Below are positions 25,485-37,500 of a stretch of 64,000 nt of DNA, piece after piece. Under the pieces are notes generated by a model. It was not told the origin of the DNA. It worked only from the letters and a program-made list of their open reading frames with translations, and did not search any database. The DNA is from Leucoraja erinacea. Taxonomy: Eukaryota. A program made the position numbers and the translations under genes. Numbering within the stretch: position 1 is the stretch's first letter; each line of letters opens with the position of its first letter. The stretch lies in the NCBI RefSeq assembly GCF_028641065.1, contig NC_073379.1, forward strand, positions 62,806,001 through 62,870,000. The letters run 5' to 3'.

Positions 25485-26525
25485 CCAGTTGGGTATGTCT
25501 GCCCTGCCTGCAGCTGTCCGTCCTTTCATTTCTTTTTTTTTTTTTTTAGTATGTTAAAAAGTGTTGTTTGGAAGTCTATTATTTTTATTGTGGGGGGTGG
25601 GGGGGAGAAGGGGGAAACTGTATTTCTCAGTCCCTACCTGGTCGGAGAGGCGGCTTTCCTCCGAGCAGCATCTCGACTCGTCCTCGCGGCCTACCATCGG
25701 GGTCTGGAGTGGCGTTTCCTGACCTGACCGGCCAGAACCTCGGCTTTGGCAGCGGCGCAGCACTGGAGCGCTATCGTGGAGTGGGGGATGCCTTGCCCGG
25801 GTCGCGCGCTGGAGCTCCAGAATGCTGAGTCCGCCGATTGAAGATCGCGGAGTTGCGGGTTTGTGGAGCGGCCAGTCGCGGGCGGCGGCGCTGACTTTAA
25901 CATCGGGAGCCTGGGATCTTTCGCTGAGATCGCCAGTGGTGGAGCTCCGTCCAGCGCAGCCTGTCAGCTTCGGAAGCCGCGGTCTCCAGTAAGGATGCGG
26001 TCGTTCCAGGCATCCCAAGCCGCTGACAGGGTTCTCCTGACGCCGGAGCACCATCACCCGGCAAGAAGGCCCTAAAACATCGGGCCCCGTAGCGGTGACT
26101 GCAGAGGCCTCAATAGGCCTGACTATGATAATAATAATAATAATAATATCTTTTATTATCATTGCACGTCAGTGCAACGAGATTTAGTATGCAGCTCCAA
26201 CCGATGAAAAAGAAAAGTAAAATAAATAAATAAGCTGTGTGTCGTGACCATCCGAGGGAGACAGTCCAGGGGGGGTGGGGGGCACTCAGCAGGGCCGGCT
26301 CAGAGTCGCTATAGCTCTTGGAATAAAGCTGGGTGGACAAGTGGATGGGGACTGGACTTTGTGCCTTCCCTCACAGAGGGAACCATTGTGGAGGGATGTT
26401 TTTATGTTTTATGTTAAATTCTCCTTAATGGTGTGTTTTATTCTTAGTAGTGTGCGGCAATGGCAACTTGAATTTCACTACACCAATTGGTGTATGTGAC
26501 AATAAATGAACCTTTGAACCTTTGA
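25485..26525 (+). mobile_element. CpG-rich non-coding retroposon with Rex1-type tail
   Basis: Ends TACACCAATTGGTGTA-TGTGACAATAAA-(TGAACCTT)2; head resembles 520-1468 and 38048-38830. Confidence 0.65.
26128..26330 (-). mobile_element. Rex1/Babar 3' fragment nested in the CpG-rich element
   Basis: Minus strand SFIPRAIATL, tail hairpin, GATAATAAA, (TAT)n. Confidence 0.7.
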
Positions 26526-27139
26526 TATATTAAACTCTTTAGTCAAATATCCTCTGGATGTTCATTGCTCAAAGATAACAAAGGAACACAGCTTCTCCAG
26601 CTAAACCTACAACTTATCTCTTGTACAAGAGCTATTGAATGGGAATTGTTTCCTTGTTCAATATCATTTCATACTTGTATCTTTGGTTAGCACATTTCTA
26701 GCTCTCATCAAAAGCTCGTCAGGTGGTGTAATTGAATTACTGAGACAACTGATTAGATTTAAATTATTGTAATTCCTTTTTATGCAATTTGGATGTTCAT
26801 TGTTTGTGTCCCTTCCAGAAAGAGAACTTGTTCACGAGGCTACATTGGAAACTAGAGCAAGATAATGAATCTTTGACTCCATGTATTAAAAATATATATA
26901 ATCACCAGGAAAATACTAACAGATTCGAACTAAAATTGTGATTGATTTGAAATTTGACGAAACGATTTGTTATTTTTATCGGATAATATTAAATGATAGA
27001 ATAAATAGTTTGAGACGTGGTGGGTTTTATTCTCCGAATATAATAACATAATCGCCACCAGGTTTGAGACTCTGTGACAGGGAAGGGGGTTGTCAGCCGG
27101 GTACTCTGCCCGAGTTACCTGGAGCCAGTCGGACCATGA

Positions 27140-27345
27140 ATCTGTAGCACCAATCCCGCCCTCGCGGGGGGGGGGGGGGCAGCGCTGGTTGGGGTTCATT
27201 TCAATGCGGACGTCGCCGCTCACGCGCGCCACCTGGCGACAGAGAGGGGGAGGGGCGGGGCGGGGCATGACGTCACGGCACGTCGCTGTGAGTCGCGACC
27301 CACACGTCGCCGGCGCGGGAGCAGCGTGCTGACGTCAGAAGGAGC
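27140..27345 (+). promoter_or_regulatory. PUM3: PUM3 CpG-island promoter with GC boxes and two perfect CRE sites
   Basis: GGGGCGGGGCGGGGC at 27252-27266; TGACGTCA at 27268-27275 and 27330-27337; CpG-dense, non-repetitive, no TATA box. Confidence 0.8.
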
Positions 27346-27377
27346 GCGACGGTCGACGAGGCCGACACGCGGAGCGG
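27338..27377 (+). other. PUM3: PUM3 non-coding exon 1 (5' end uncertain)
   Basis: Strong donor CGG|GTGAGT at 27377/27378 directly after the promoter. Confidence 0.7.
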
Positions 27378-27399
27378 GTGAGTGGTGGCGGTGGCACTG

Positions 27400-28375
27400 G
27401 GGGGGCCACGGGCACACACACACGGGCACACACACACACACACACACACACGGGGTTAGTGGACACGGACACACACGGGGACACACACACGGGGACACTA
27501 TAGTGTAGACGCACACAGGGACATATTGTGTATATTATATAGTGGACACACACACAGTGTAGTCTAGTACAGTGTGGACACACAGGGTAGTCTATTATAT
27601 AGTAGACACACACACACACACGGGGGGTGGATACATCCCACACACGCACACACGGGGACACACACACGGGGACACGGGGACACGCACACACACGGGGACA
27701 CACACACACACACACGGGACACACACACACGGGGACACGGACACACACACACACGGACACGGGCACACACACAGGGGGGGGGGGCACACACACGGGGACA
27801 CACACACGGGGACACACACACACACACACGGGCACACCACACACTTGGGACACGGGCACACACACACGCCTAGGGCACACACACGGACACTGGGGGGGGG
27901 GAGGCACACACGGGCACACACACACACACGGGGACACGGACACACGGGTACTAGGGGGGGACACACACACACACGGGGGGGACACACACGGGGACACGGG
28001 GGAGTTCACGTGGACTGGGGGGGGTGGACACGCGGGGGGGCACACGCACACGGGGGGACACACACGCCTAGACACGGGGGGGGGGGAGGAAGCAACAAAT
28101 GGTAGAAGGGATGGTGTCAAGGGGGGGGGGGGACCAGTGGCGAGTTCGTGAGGGTCTGGGTGGGAGGGGAGGCGACAAGGGGGGGGGGGGGGTAGAGGGA
28201 TCTAGAGAGAAGGGAGAGTACGGGGATCCAGACGGCGGGGGGAGTGAGGGACTGGAGGGAGGAAGGTGGTGGAAGGGGCCGAAGGGAGTGAGCTGGAGGA
28301 TGGGAGATTGGAGGGGGGGAAGTGACAGGGACTGGAGGAACGGAAGGGGGTAGAGGGGACCCAAGATGATGGTGG
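27400..28375. repeat. Compound G3-4(AC)n low-complexity array followed by a G-rich tract
   Basis: Recurrent GGGGACACACAC-type units to about 28090, then G-run-rich sequence. Confidence 0.9.
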
Positions 28376-28379
28376 TAGG

Positions 28380-28845
28380 TGTTGTAGAGAACCTCTGACA
28401 CTCCTGCACTCAACCTCTGACAATCCAGAGAAAACAATACAAGTTTTGTCAACATTTTCTTATAACTAATACGCTCTAATCCTGGCAGCATTGTGGTGAA
28501 TCGCTTCTGCACTCTCTCCATAGCCTCCGCATCCTTCCTGTAATGGGGTGACTAGAAATGCACAAAATACTCCAAATGCGAACTAACCAAAGTTTTATAA
28601 AACTGCAATATGACTTTCTGACTGTTATATTCACTGCCCTAACCGATAAAGGAAAGCCTACCATATGCTGCCTTTAGCTCTCTACTTGTGTTGCCATTTT
28701 CAGGGAGTTATGAACTTGGTCCATAAAATCCTTCTGCACATCGATGATGCTAGGGTCTTTTCAGCGTGAAAATGGGGCATTCGGCAAAACTGGCCCATGC
28801 CGAGCAAGATGCCAATCTAAACTAATCCATTTGCCTGTGTTTGTC
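28380..28845 (-). mobile_element. Old CR1 fragments
   Basis: Minus-strand ERVQKRFTTMLPGL peptide. Confidence 0.75.
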
Positions 28846-28858
28846 CAGATTTTAGTAT

Positions 28859-29731
28859 AGGGGGGTTGCATGGAAGGTCACTGGGTCATAGGGCTCGACG
28901 CACGGAGCCGCTAAATCCAACTGGAACACATCCGTCACTTCCGGTATATGATATTAATGCTAGAAATGCGTACTTTCCTACGTTAAAAACCGCCAAAATG
29001 TTGAATTTTTGCGCTGAAAAAAATTGTGGGAGTCGGGGTAAGTGTGAGAGACATGTACCCAACTTCAGAATTCCAAAAGTGAAGCGAAATGAAGGTATAG
29101 AGAAGCGAGAACTGAAGGGACTACAGCAGCTAAAGTGCTTGGTAAACATTGAAAATATTGGGAATTGTCACGTTTGCTCACTGCATTTCATCAAGTAAGG
29201 CATTATTAGTGTTTTTTCTTGATTCCTTTGGTATCTAAAAATTCTCAGAAGTGATAAATGTGGCTGTAAATTTTTCTTTAGATGCGTTTTCATTTTGTAT
29301 GTAAAAACCCACGAGAATCACGGGCGATTTAAAAAAATTACAGCCAGATTTATCACTTCTGAAACTTTTTAGATGCCAAAGGAATCAAGAAAAAACACAA
29401 ATAATGCCTTACTTGATGAAATGCAGTGAGCAAACGGCCAATGTTCGCCAAGCACTCTGGCTGTTGTTGTTCTCTTCAGCTCTCGTTTCAATCTACCGTC
29501 ATTTCTCCTCACTTTTGGAATTCTGAAGTAGGTTAAATGTCTTTCATGCTTATCCCGATTTCCATAATTATTTACAGCGCAAATATTGACAATTTCAGCG
29601 GGTTTTAACGGGCTGCTACACTGGAAACAATGGTCAGTGCTTACCTGCAGTACGTCGCGTGTAATCCATTTGGAGTAGCGTAGCAACAGTACGGGTCATG
29701 GGTCGTGACCCGACTGCCGTGAAACCTCCCT
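28859..29731. mobile_element. Non-autonomous ISL2EU-like DNA transposon with two convergent THAP-domain remnants
   Basis: AT TSD (28857-28858, 29732-29733); 15-bp TIR AGGGGGGTTGCATGG / AGGGAGGTTTCACGG; THAP C2CH peptides on both arms. Confidence 0.75.
28998..29198 (+). pseudogene. Transposon-derived THAP zinc-finger ORF/exon (66 aa)
   Basis: MLNFCAEKNC...FRIPK...VCSLHF: C-x4-C, conserved P and CSxHF; conserved Trp replaced by Cys; ends at AA|GTAAGG donor overlapping TAA. Confidence 0.75.
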
Positions 29732-29733
29732 AT

Positions 29734-30331
29734 AGGAGCAGGGAGGTTTTACTGCAGTTGTACAGGGTCTTGGTGAGACCACACCTGGAGTATTGCGTAC
29801 AGTTTTGGTCTCCTAATCTGAGGAAGGACATTCTTGCCATAGACGGAGTACAGAGAAGGTTCACCAGACTGATTCCTGGGATGTCAGGACTTTCATATGA
29901 AGAAAGACTGGATAGACTTGGCTTGTACTCGCTAGAATTTAGAAGATTGAGGGGGGATCTTATAGAAACGTACAAAATTCTTAAGGGGTTGGACAGGCTA
30001 GATGCAAGAAGATTGTTCCCGATGTTGGGGAAGTCCAGAACAAGGGGTCACAGTTTAAGGTTAAGGGGGAAATCTTTTAGGACCGAGATGAGAAAAACGT
30101 TTTTCACACAGTGGTGAATCTCTGAAATTCTCTGCCACAGAAGATAGTTGAAGCCAGTTCATTGGCTATATTTAAGAGGGAGTTAGATGTGGCCCTTGTG
30201 GCTAAAGGGATCAGGGGGTATGGAGAGAAGGCAGGTACAGGATACGAAGTTGGATGATCAGCCATGATCATATTGAATGGCAGTGCAGGCTCGAAGGGGA
30301 CTACTCCTGCACCTATTTTCTATGTTTCTAT
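29734..30331 (+). mobile_element. CR1 LINE 3' part
   Basis: LYRVLVRPHLEYCVQFWSP...RTRGHSL peptide plus CR1 tail. Confidence 0.95.
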
Positions 30332-30379
30332 CCTTCTGAACATTTTCTATTCATGCTCCTGTCCAAATATATTTTAAAT

Positions 30380-31560
30380 GTCATGGAGCTCTACAGCACA
30401 GAACAGCAAAGATGGATTATCTTGCCCATACTGATCAATGTAGCATACTGGGCTAGTCCCATTTGCCAGTATTTCACCTATAACCCTCTAAACACTATAC
30501 ACAATCTAAATGAGATTAAAAAAAAATGTGATTGTATCTGATCTGATTGCTTCCATAACTTTACCTGACAACACATTCCAGATGCAAATGACACTCTGAG
30601 TGGAAAACATTGCCTCTGAGGTCCCTCTTAAATCTCCCTATTCATCTTAAGCCTCTGCCCTCTAGTTTTAGAATTATCTACCCTGTGTAAAAAAGACTGA
30701 ATGGTCACTTTACTGATACCCTCGTGATCTTGCACATCTCTATTAGGTCACCCCTCAGCTTCTACACTCCAAAGAAAAAAGTTCCAGCCTATCCAACCCT
30801 TCCCAGTAACTCAAGCCCACAAGCTCAGGTAATATCCTGGTGAGCAAAACACAGAGTGCTGGAGTTGCTCTACAGGTCAGGTCGTATCTGTGGAAGGAAT
30901 GGATTGGCAAAGTTATGGGCTGGGACCCGTGACTAGACCTGCTGGATTACTCCAGCACTTTGTGTTTTGCTTGAGATTCCAGCATCTGCAATTCCTTGTG
31001 TGCAACATCCTGGTTAATCTCTTCTGCACCCATTCCAACTTAATGATATCCTTTCTGTACCTGAGTGACCAGAACCTCACATAGTACTCCCACATGTGGC
31101 CACACTAACTACTTGTGGTGTGCCAACTTTTACGCCCAAAGTTTCTTCCCAATGAAAGCAAACATGCCAAATGCTGCATTCGCCACACCTGAGTTGCCAC
31201 TTTCAGAGAACAATGACCCTGTACTCTCAAATCTCTCTGTCTGCAACACTCTCATGGGCATTTGCTGTGTGTCCTGACCCGGTTTGACATACTGAAGTGC
31301 AGCATCTCACACATGCCAGAGTTAAATTCCATTTGCCATTCCTTGGCCCACCTTCTGAACTGATTTGGATTCTGTTGTAAACTGAGATTCACTGTCCATT
31401 ATACCACCAATTTTGGTGTTGTGAAAATTTACTATCAATGCCCACTGGGGTGCCCTGGTCTCATCAATCCTCATAGTGACCTCTTCAAAATATTCTTGCA
31501 AATTTGTGAGACGTGATTTGCCGCATGATCGGATTCTACTCGATCTGCCAATTCTCAGCC
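30380..31560 (-). mobile_element. Old CR1 with nested Penelope-tail mini-element (30842-31001)
   Basis: YYVRFWSLRYRKDIIKLEWVQKRLTRML peptide; imperfect 13-bp TSD at 30829-30841 and 31002-31014. Confidence 0.75.
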
Positions 31561-31689
31561 CATATCTATAACTGATGTATCTTTGGTAGCCTTCTGTTAA
31601 GGTCATTTGGGTAATGGTAATTTGCTTTTGCAGAATTCACAAATCATTCCAAAATTTGAGATACAGAATAAAATTAGTTCTTATGAAAT

Positions 31690-32090
31690 TTATGTGGGGG
31701 GACATTCTTGATCACTGCATCAGTGAAAGAGGACCAGGTTAGGTTGCTGGGGTTAGAGATGCCTTTGAACTTGAAGCTGTCAACCATCTCTGCAGTAGCT
31801 TTGTGATGAGGACAGAGTATAACAACCAACTCTTCTTGCTGACGTTAAAGACTATATTGTTCTGATATCATAACACAAAGTTCTCAATCTTGTTGTTGAT
31901 CCGGCTGACAACAGTGGTATGATCAGTGAACTCAAAATAGAGTTGTTGTACTTGGCCACATGGTCATGGGTGTACAGAGAGTAGAGCAAGGGACTGAGCA
32001 TATGCATCCCTGAGAAGCCCGAGTGGTGATGGTCCAAATGGAGAAAGGTTACAGCCAATTCTACGCGACTTGTATCTGTGCTATCAATTC
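31690..32090 (-). mobile_element. Rex1/Babar RT fragment
   Basis: LSPLLYSLYTHD peptide. Confidence 0.7.
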
Positions 32091-32509
32091 TTTCTTATTT
32101 CAAGTCCCCATGCATTCAGATAAGGAACCTTTATTTTGTCTTTCTGTTGTTTTTCTTCCATTGTGACTATTTCTCTAACCCATCCTGGCAGTTACCCATT
32201 CCAACACTGAACTAAAAACAGAAAATGCTGAAAATTCTCAACAGGTCAGGGAGCATCTGTGGAAATAGCATCAATGTTAATCTTCATTGGAAAGATCAAT
32301 GGTTCAATGGTGCTATATTTGTGACATATGTAACTGCACAGTTAAATTCTTTTTGCATATTATACAGGCAGGCGCCGCCATGTTTTGCCGTAATTTCCAA
32401 AGTCCCGTCGGCCTGAGTGCTCTCAATGGCAGGAGCAGACAAAAGATCCAATACAGGATCTTCACCAAAAGCATTATCTCTTTCGACATGTCTGTACTGC
32501 CGTAGTTTT

Positions 32510-33985
32510 ATGCCATAGAGTGATACAGTGGGGAAATAGGCCCTTCTACCCAACTTGCTCACACCAGCAAACATGTCCCAGCCACATGTCCCACCTGCCC
32601 GCATTTGTTTTGTATCCCTCCAAACCTGTCCTATCCATGTACCTGTCTAACGATTTCTTAAATGTTGGGTTAGTCCCAGCCTCAACTCTGGCAGTTTGTT
32701 CCATACATCCACCACCCTTTGTGTGAAAAGGTTACCCCTCAGATTCCTATAAAATCTTTTCCCTTTCACCTTAAACCTATGTCCTCTGGTTCTTGATTCA
32801 CCTACTCTGGGCAAGAGACTGTGCATCTACCCAATCTATTCCTCTCATTATCTTGTACACCTCTATAAGTTCACCCCTCATCCTCCTGTGCTCCAAGAAA
32901 TAAAGCCCCAGCCTACTTAACATCTGCTTATAACTCAGACCCTCTAGCCCTGGCATCAACCTCGTAAATCGTCTCTGCTCCCTTTCCAGCTTGACAACAT
33001 CTTTCCTATAACACGGTGCCCAGAACTGAACACAATACTCTCAAAGCGGCCTCACCAACGTCATATACAACTGCAACGTGACCTACCAACCTCTATACTC
33101 AATACTCTGGCTGATGAAGGCCAATGTGCCAAAAGCCTTTTTGACCACCCAATCTACCTGCAACCACCTTCAAGGAACTATGCAACTGTACTCCGAGATC
33201 CTTCTGCTCTACAACACTATCCAGAGCCCTACCGACCTCTCTGTCCTGGGTCTCCTCCATTGCCAGAGTGAGCAACACCGGAAATTGGAGGAACAGCACC
33301 TCATATTCCGCTAAGGGAGTCTGCATCTTGTGGGCATGAACATTGAATTCTCCCAATTTTGTTAGCCCTTTCTGTCTCCTCCCCTTCCTCAGCCCTCGGG
33401 CTGTCTCCTCCCATCCCCCAGCCGTCGGGCTCCTCCTCCACCTTTTTCCTTCCTTCTCCCCGCCACCCCCTATCAGTCTGAAGAAGGGTTTTGGCCCGAA
33501 ACGTTACCTATTTCCTTCGCTCCATAGATGCCGCTGCACCCGCTGAGTTTCTCCAGCATTTTTGTGTACCTACCATTCACTATGCAGGTTTGACTTCCCA
33601 AAATGCAACCCCTCACATTTCACTGTATTAAATTCCAACACCTGGCTAATCGATGAAGATCCTGCTGCAATTTTTCACAACCATCTTCACTATCTGCAAA
33701 ACCACCCACTTTTGTATCATCTGCAAACTTGCTAATCTTGCCGTGTATGTTTTCATCCAAATCTTTGATTTAGATGACAAACAGTAATGGCCCCAGTACC
33801 AAACCCTGAGGCACATCACTAGTCTCAGGCCTCCAGTCCGAGAAGCAACCTTCCACCATCACCCTCTGCTTCCTTTCATGAAGCCAGTTTTCTATCCATT
33901 CAGCTAACTCTCCTTGAATCCCATGTGATCTAACCTTCCAGAGCAGTCTACCATGCGGAACCTTTGTCGAATGCTTTGCTGAAGT
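32510..33985 (-). mobile_element. CR1 (HER1-like tail) with nested Penelope fragment (33233-33572, + strand)
   Basis: QKDLGVQLHSSLKV peptide; tail matches the V-SINE tail; insert encodes DLSVLGLLHCQSEQHRKLEEQHLIFR and a hammerhead-like core at 33478. Confidence 0.85.
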
Positions 33986-34434
33986 CTTATTTTAGATTTG
34001 CAGCAACTGCCCTTTTTTATTTTCTCTACCTTTCTTTGTACATAAAGTCAGTGTTACCTGCTTTAGTTTTAGAGCAGTTTTACAATCCAGCAGCACAGAA
34101 GCTCTAAGTAGTTTCCAATGTAGACTATATCTGGGGAATGTGTACAAACGTTGCTTTTACTCTACGGTTAGAGTTCCATGTTCATTTAATTTTGTTTGGT
34201 TTTGTTGCTAAAGCTGTTGTTGCTTCATTTAGTGCCAGGGAAGATTTCAAAATTAATTTTGGTTATTTTCAATTTTACAAGTATAATTGTGCCATTTTTG
34301 TGCATTTTTGCATTGATTGTATACTTTAAAAAATGTATTGTTATTTTATAATATTGCAAAGCTTTATGCTGAAGTATTAATTCAGTGCTGTTTTCCCCTT
34401 TGTTCTTTCAGGTTTCTGTGAGCTCAGTGACAGT

Positions 34435-34534
34435 ATGGTGCTTAAAGGTAAAACGTTTTCTGGAAAAAGTGGAGGTGCCCCATCTAGGAAGGGCAAAGTT
34501 AAAAAGTTTGATGGATCTAAAAATGTTTCAGCAG
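34435..34534 (+). CDS. PUM3: PUM3 exon 2 coding part (exon starts 34412)
   Basis: ctttcag| acceptor; MVLKGKTFSGKSGG...; |gtaaga. Confidence 0.88.
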
Positions 34535-37500
34535 GTAAGACCTTGATGTCACTAGAAACAAATAGGTGAATCAATCTATCCAGTTTTATTCCAGAAATCA
34601 AACGTATATGCTCCCACATTTAGAGCTAATCTTCAAAATAATATCTCTACACAGAAAAATGCCAGCTGTTTTCATGAACATAAAGTATCAAAAAAATGAA
34701 GTGTCCTGAAAAAGCCTCAATAGTTGCAGCAGTGGCACTAGAGGTCAGGAATACAAACACACAACGCCTTTTATTTTAAAGGCATATTCCCATTCTTCAA
34801 CTACTATTGCCATTGTCTAGTTCTTCAATTACTCACCAGTTTCCTGCTCAAAATATACCTAATTCCTAAATCATCACATCATTCTCCGACATTTCCATGA
34901 TCCCACCACTAGTCACATCTTTCCATTCTGCTTTTTATAGAGACCACTCCATCTGCAACTCCTTGGTTCACTCCATCTCACACAAACCAGCCCCTCCCCA
35001 GGTCCTTTTTACTCCAACAGTAGGAGATGTTATACCTGTCATCATACCTACTCCTTCACATCCATCCAGGGACCTCAGCTGTCCTTCCAGTTGAGACAGA
35101 GGTTCACTTGCACCTCAGATAGATACAAAATTCTGGAGTAACTCAGCGGGTCAGGCAGCATCTCTGAAGAAAATCGATGGGTGCTGTCTGAGGAAGGGTC
35201 CCAATCTGAAACGTCACCTATCCATTTTGCTGCCTGACCACCTGAGTTACTCCAGCATTTTGTCTACCTGTGGTATAAACCAGCATCTGCAGTTCCTTTT
35301 TATTTCACGTGCACCACATCTAACTCGTCTACTGCATCCAGTGTTCCCAATGTAGCCTCCTGTACATTGGTGAAACTCTGTGACTGTTTCATGATACATC
35401 AAGCATACGGCATTTCCTGGTTGCTCTCTAAGGCCCAGCATTGAAGTCAGTATGGGAATGGGGAGAGAAGTTAAACTTTTAATTCTGGGTGTCCTCCATT
35501 GCCAGAATGAGGCCACACGCAAACTGGTTGAACAGCGTCCTTGTATTCCGCTTGGGTAACGTACAACCCAAAAGAAAACATTGCATTCTCCAATTTTAGA
35601 TAACCCGCAACACCCTTCTTTGGGCCATGTCAGAGCTTGCGCTTCTCATGAGCCTCTTTCCTTGCTTCATCCTATCCAATGAGTATTATCAGGTTTTTTT
35701 TTAATGCACCTTCACTTTGCTATAATCTTGTATAGATGACATGTTGTAATAACTGGCCACAATAATTCATAGATTGAGATAAATCAGTCGTTAATGCTTT
35801 ATTTCAAAAAATGTAATGTTGAAATTTGTAATTAGATTTTTTACAGCAATTACAGGCATCTGCATTAATGTCCTGTTATTTTGATTGGGTTTTGTCACAG
35901 ATGAACCTGGGAAACACAATTCAAAGTTCAAATTTCAAAAGTTGGCGAACAAGGCAAAGTTTCATGGCAAGAATTTGGCAAACCCGTGTGGAAAGATGGA
36001 AACATTTAAGGGAGAAAAGCAAGCTGCAAGAAAAAGGAAACAATTCGGTGGAAATGAAGGTGGTACGTAGCTTTTAGTTTAAGAAAAATGTAAGCTTCAT
36101 TTTTTCACATTTTAAGCAGTGTGCAAAAGTAATCATGGAAATTATTGCTTGGATTTCTGATAAATTTAAGCCATTTGTCTAATCTACATGTAATATGATC
36201 GTAGCTACAATTTATCATTAGGTAAGTCAAATTTTCTTCATCATTTTAGGCAATGTTTTAATATTCTATATCAATCCGTGCGGTGGCCGTGTTTCTAGAA
36301 AACAAGCTGTACAAGCTACAGGTTAAAACAAACATTTGTGTTGATTTATTTACTTTTCTTTCATACAAATTCCATGAGAGTGAATATTATTGTATCTCAA
36401 ATTTCATGATAGTGATTTGTTAATTCTATAGAGGCGTATTTCTGTAACCCAAATGGCTATAATGGTTCATCTGCGATAAAATGTGAGAACAGATTCAGAT
36501 TCATGAAATCTAATCATTTGGTTACAGTAAATTGCAATGTTTAATGCTGATTTGACATAAAGTAATCAGATTTTTGCCCTTTTGATTTTTTCAATATTTT
36601 GATGCATTTGGATTGATAGTTTTGCTTCAATATAGACAATAGACAATAGGTGCAAGAGTAAGCCATTTGGCCCTTCGAGCCAGCATCGCCATTCATTGTG
36701 ATCATGGCTGATCATCCACATTCAGTACAGCGTTCCTGCCTTCTCACCATATCCCCTGACTCCGCTATCTTTAATAGCTCTATCTAACTCACTCATGAAA
36801 GCATCCAGAGAATTAGCCTCCACTGCCTTTTGAGGCAAAGAATTCCACAGATTCACAACTTTCTGGGTGAAAAGGTTTTTCCTCGTCTCTGTTCCAAATG
36901 GTCTACCCCTTATTCTTAAACTGTGGCCTCTGGATCTGGATCAACATCGGGATCATGTTTCCTGCCTCTAGCGTGTCCAATCACTTTAATAATCTTATAT
37001 GTTTCAATAAGATCACCCCTCATTCTTCTTAATTCCATACAAGCCCAGCCGCTCCATTCTATCAACATATGACAGTCCCGCCATCCCGGGAATTAACCTT
37101 GTGAACCTACTCTGCACCCCAGCTATAGCAAGAATGTCCTTCCTCAAATTTGGAGACCAAAACTGCACACAATACTCCAGTTGTGGTCTCACTAGGGCCC
37201 TGTACAACTGCAGAAGGACCTCTTTGCTCTTGTACTCAACTCCTCTTGAAGGCTAACATGCCATTAGCTTTCTTCACTGCCTGCTGTACCTGCATGCTTA
37301 CTTTCATTGAGTGATGAAGACGGACCTCCAGATCTCTTTGTACTTCCCCTTTTCCCAACCTGACACCATTCAGTTAATAATCTGCCTAACTGTTTTTGCC
37401 ACCAAAGTGGATAACCTCACATTTATCTACATTAAACTGCATCTGCTATGCATCCGCCCACTCGCCCAACCTTTCCAAGTCACTCTGCATCCTCATAGCA

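Noticed and set aside
27326-27377. Non-AUG N-terminal extension of PUM3 (GTG 27326 or CTG 27329 in frame with the ATG)
   Set aside because: The codons overlap the second CRE and probably lie upstream of the TSS; a short open frame in GC-rich DNA is expected by chance.
27335-28151. Overlapping 130-261 aa ORFs rich in His/Thr/Gly or Cys/Val/Pro
   Set aside because: Translations of the (CA)n/G-run repeat; open in most frames because stop codons are scarce.
28998-34437. THAP-PUM3 fusion protein via donor 29194 to exon 2
   Set aside because: Phase 2 plus 23 nt of UTR is out of frame and reads AAG TTT CTG TGA.
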